64,000 bases of DNA from an uncultured Chloroflexota bacterium. Its GTDB lineage: Bacteria; Chloroflexota; UBA11872; UBA12225. The translations under genes and the position numbers were made by a program. Positions 63,165 through 64,000 of this stretch are shown piece by piece. The number at the start of each line of letters is the position of its first letter. Positions within the stretch are counted from its first letter, which is position 1. The notes beneath the pieces are model-generated. The model was not told the DNA's origin. It did not search any database and saw only the letters and a list, made by a program, of their open reading frames with translations. The stretch lies in the NCBI GenBank assembly GCA_902805635.1, contig CADCTC010000204.1, positions 10,903-74,902 of the forward strand. Reading direction: 5' to 3'.

Positions 63165-64000
63165 CATGACCACCCAGACGAAGCCGTTCGCCTCGCCGCT
63201 GCGGGACAACCCCGTCGGCTGGCCAGAGGAGCTCCTGCCGCTGTTCGAGCGCTCGGTCACCGTCGAGCTCGCCACCATGAGCCGTGCAGGGCAGCCGATC
63301 ACCTTCCCGCTCACGCCCTACGTGGGCGACGACGGCCGCACGCTCGACGTATCCACCGGCGTGACCTACCCGGCCAAGGCCGAGCGCGCCCGCCGTTACC
63401 CGCGGGTGTGCCTCTTGTACGGGGACCCCGCCGACGCCGGGCTGCCCGGTGGGCCAGTCGCCGTGGTGCAGGGCCTGGCGACGGTCCGGGACAGCGACCT
63501 GCAGGCCGGCACCGACCGCTACCTCCGGCTGCAGATCACCCGGTTTCCGCGTGCGGTCAAGGGGCCCCGCTTCCTGCTCCGCGGCGCCGCCTGGTACCTG
63601 GCGCGCATCTGGATCCACGTGACGCCGGCTCGGATTCGCTGGTGGCCCGACGGGCGTCTGGACGAGCAGCCGCGGGAGTGGCTGGCGCCGCCGGCGACCG
63701 TCGCTCCGCCGTCGGACCCGGCGCCACCCGGCAGACAACCCGCGTCCTGGACGCAGGCCCCCGGCGACTGGCGCTCTGCCGCCCGGATGGCCGTGAAGCG
63801 GCTGGACCTGCGCGACCTCACCGTGGTGGACCGAGACGGCACTCCGCTGTGCGTCCCCGTGAGCGGCGTCGCGGAGCACGCCGACGGCTTCCGCCTGGCG
63901 CTGCCGCGCGGCGTGCTGCCCGTCGCCGCGGGGCCGGCGTGCCTCACCTTCCACACCCACCCGCCCGGGTGGCCAGAAACCACCACGCACCAGGAGAACC
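63165..64000 (+). CDS. Pyridoxamine 5'-phosphate oxidase-like (FMN/F420-binding split-barrel) family protein, partial (runs off the window)
   Basis: It is absent from the ORF track because it has no stop. Hand translation from ATG 63165 (GAGG upstream) is open to base 64000: MTTQTKPFASPLRDNPVGWPEELLPLFERSVTVELATMSRAGQPITFPLTPYVGDDGRTLDVSTG... The family call is tentative. Confidence 0.55.

Noticed and set aside
63055-63990. A 311-aa minus-strand ORF at the window end
   Set aside because: It is Arg/Gly/Pro-rich and antisense to a plus-strand frame that is open from ATG 63165 to the window edge and has a protein-like sequence.

Overview
The window is about 70% G+C by hand counts of individual lines. 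It is bacterial and densely coding. I had no homology search, so every family call rests on motifs I can read in the translations. Many of the long ORFs in the supplied track are alternate-frame or antisense shadows typical of high-GC DNA, and I trimmed several N-termini accordingly.

Layout:
- 1-11.3 kb: regulators and housekeeping genes. These are a LuxR-type HTH, a decayed hybrid sensor kinase carrying an 8-bp tandem repeat, a tungsten-type aldehyde:ferredoxin oxidoreductase, pdxS, pdxT, relA/spoT, recJ and obg.
- 11.3-54.4 kb: a cell-envelope glycan locus of about 43 kb.
- 54.4-59.6 kb: an isolated Flp-type pilin gene, an OmpR/HK two-component pair and an MBL-fold hydrolase.
- 59.7-61.0 kb: an IS630-family element with TA duplication, imperfect inverted repeats and an A7 frameshift site.
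- 62.2-62.7 kb: a lower-GC islet of about 0.5 kb.
- 63.2 kb to the window end: a partial PNPOx-like gene.

The glycan locus encodes:
- a polyprenyl-phosphate hexose-1-P transferase and several GT4 and GT2 enzymes;
- two SDR enzymes and a WbpB/WbpD/WbpE-like amino-sugar triad;
- two AsnB-like amidotransferases;
- a Wzm/Wzt ABC exporter;
- five SAM methyltransferase domains, two of them with Trm112-like zinc ribbons.

The part that looks undescribed is a set of recurring membrane-protein families inside this locus:
- three GT-C-like modules, two of which are fused in tandem into one 1846-aa protein;
- three polytopic paralogues (family A);
- two membrane-anchored beta-rich paralogues (family B);
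- three 3-TM plus jelly-roll-like paralogues (family C).

These families are arranged in repeated and partly inverted modules around the methyltransferases.
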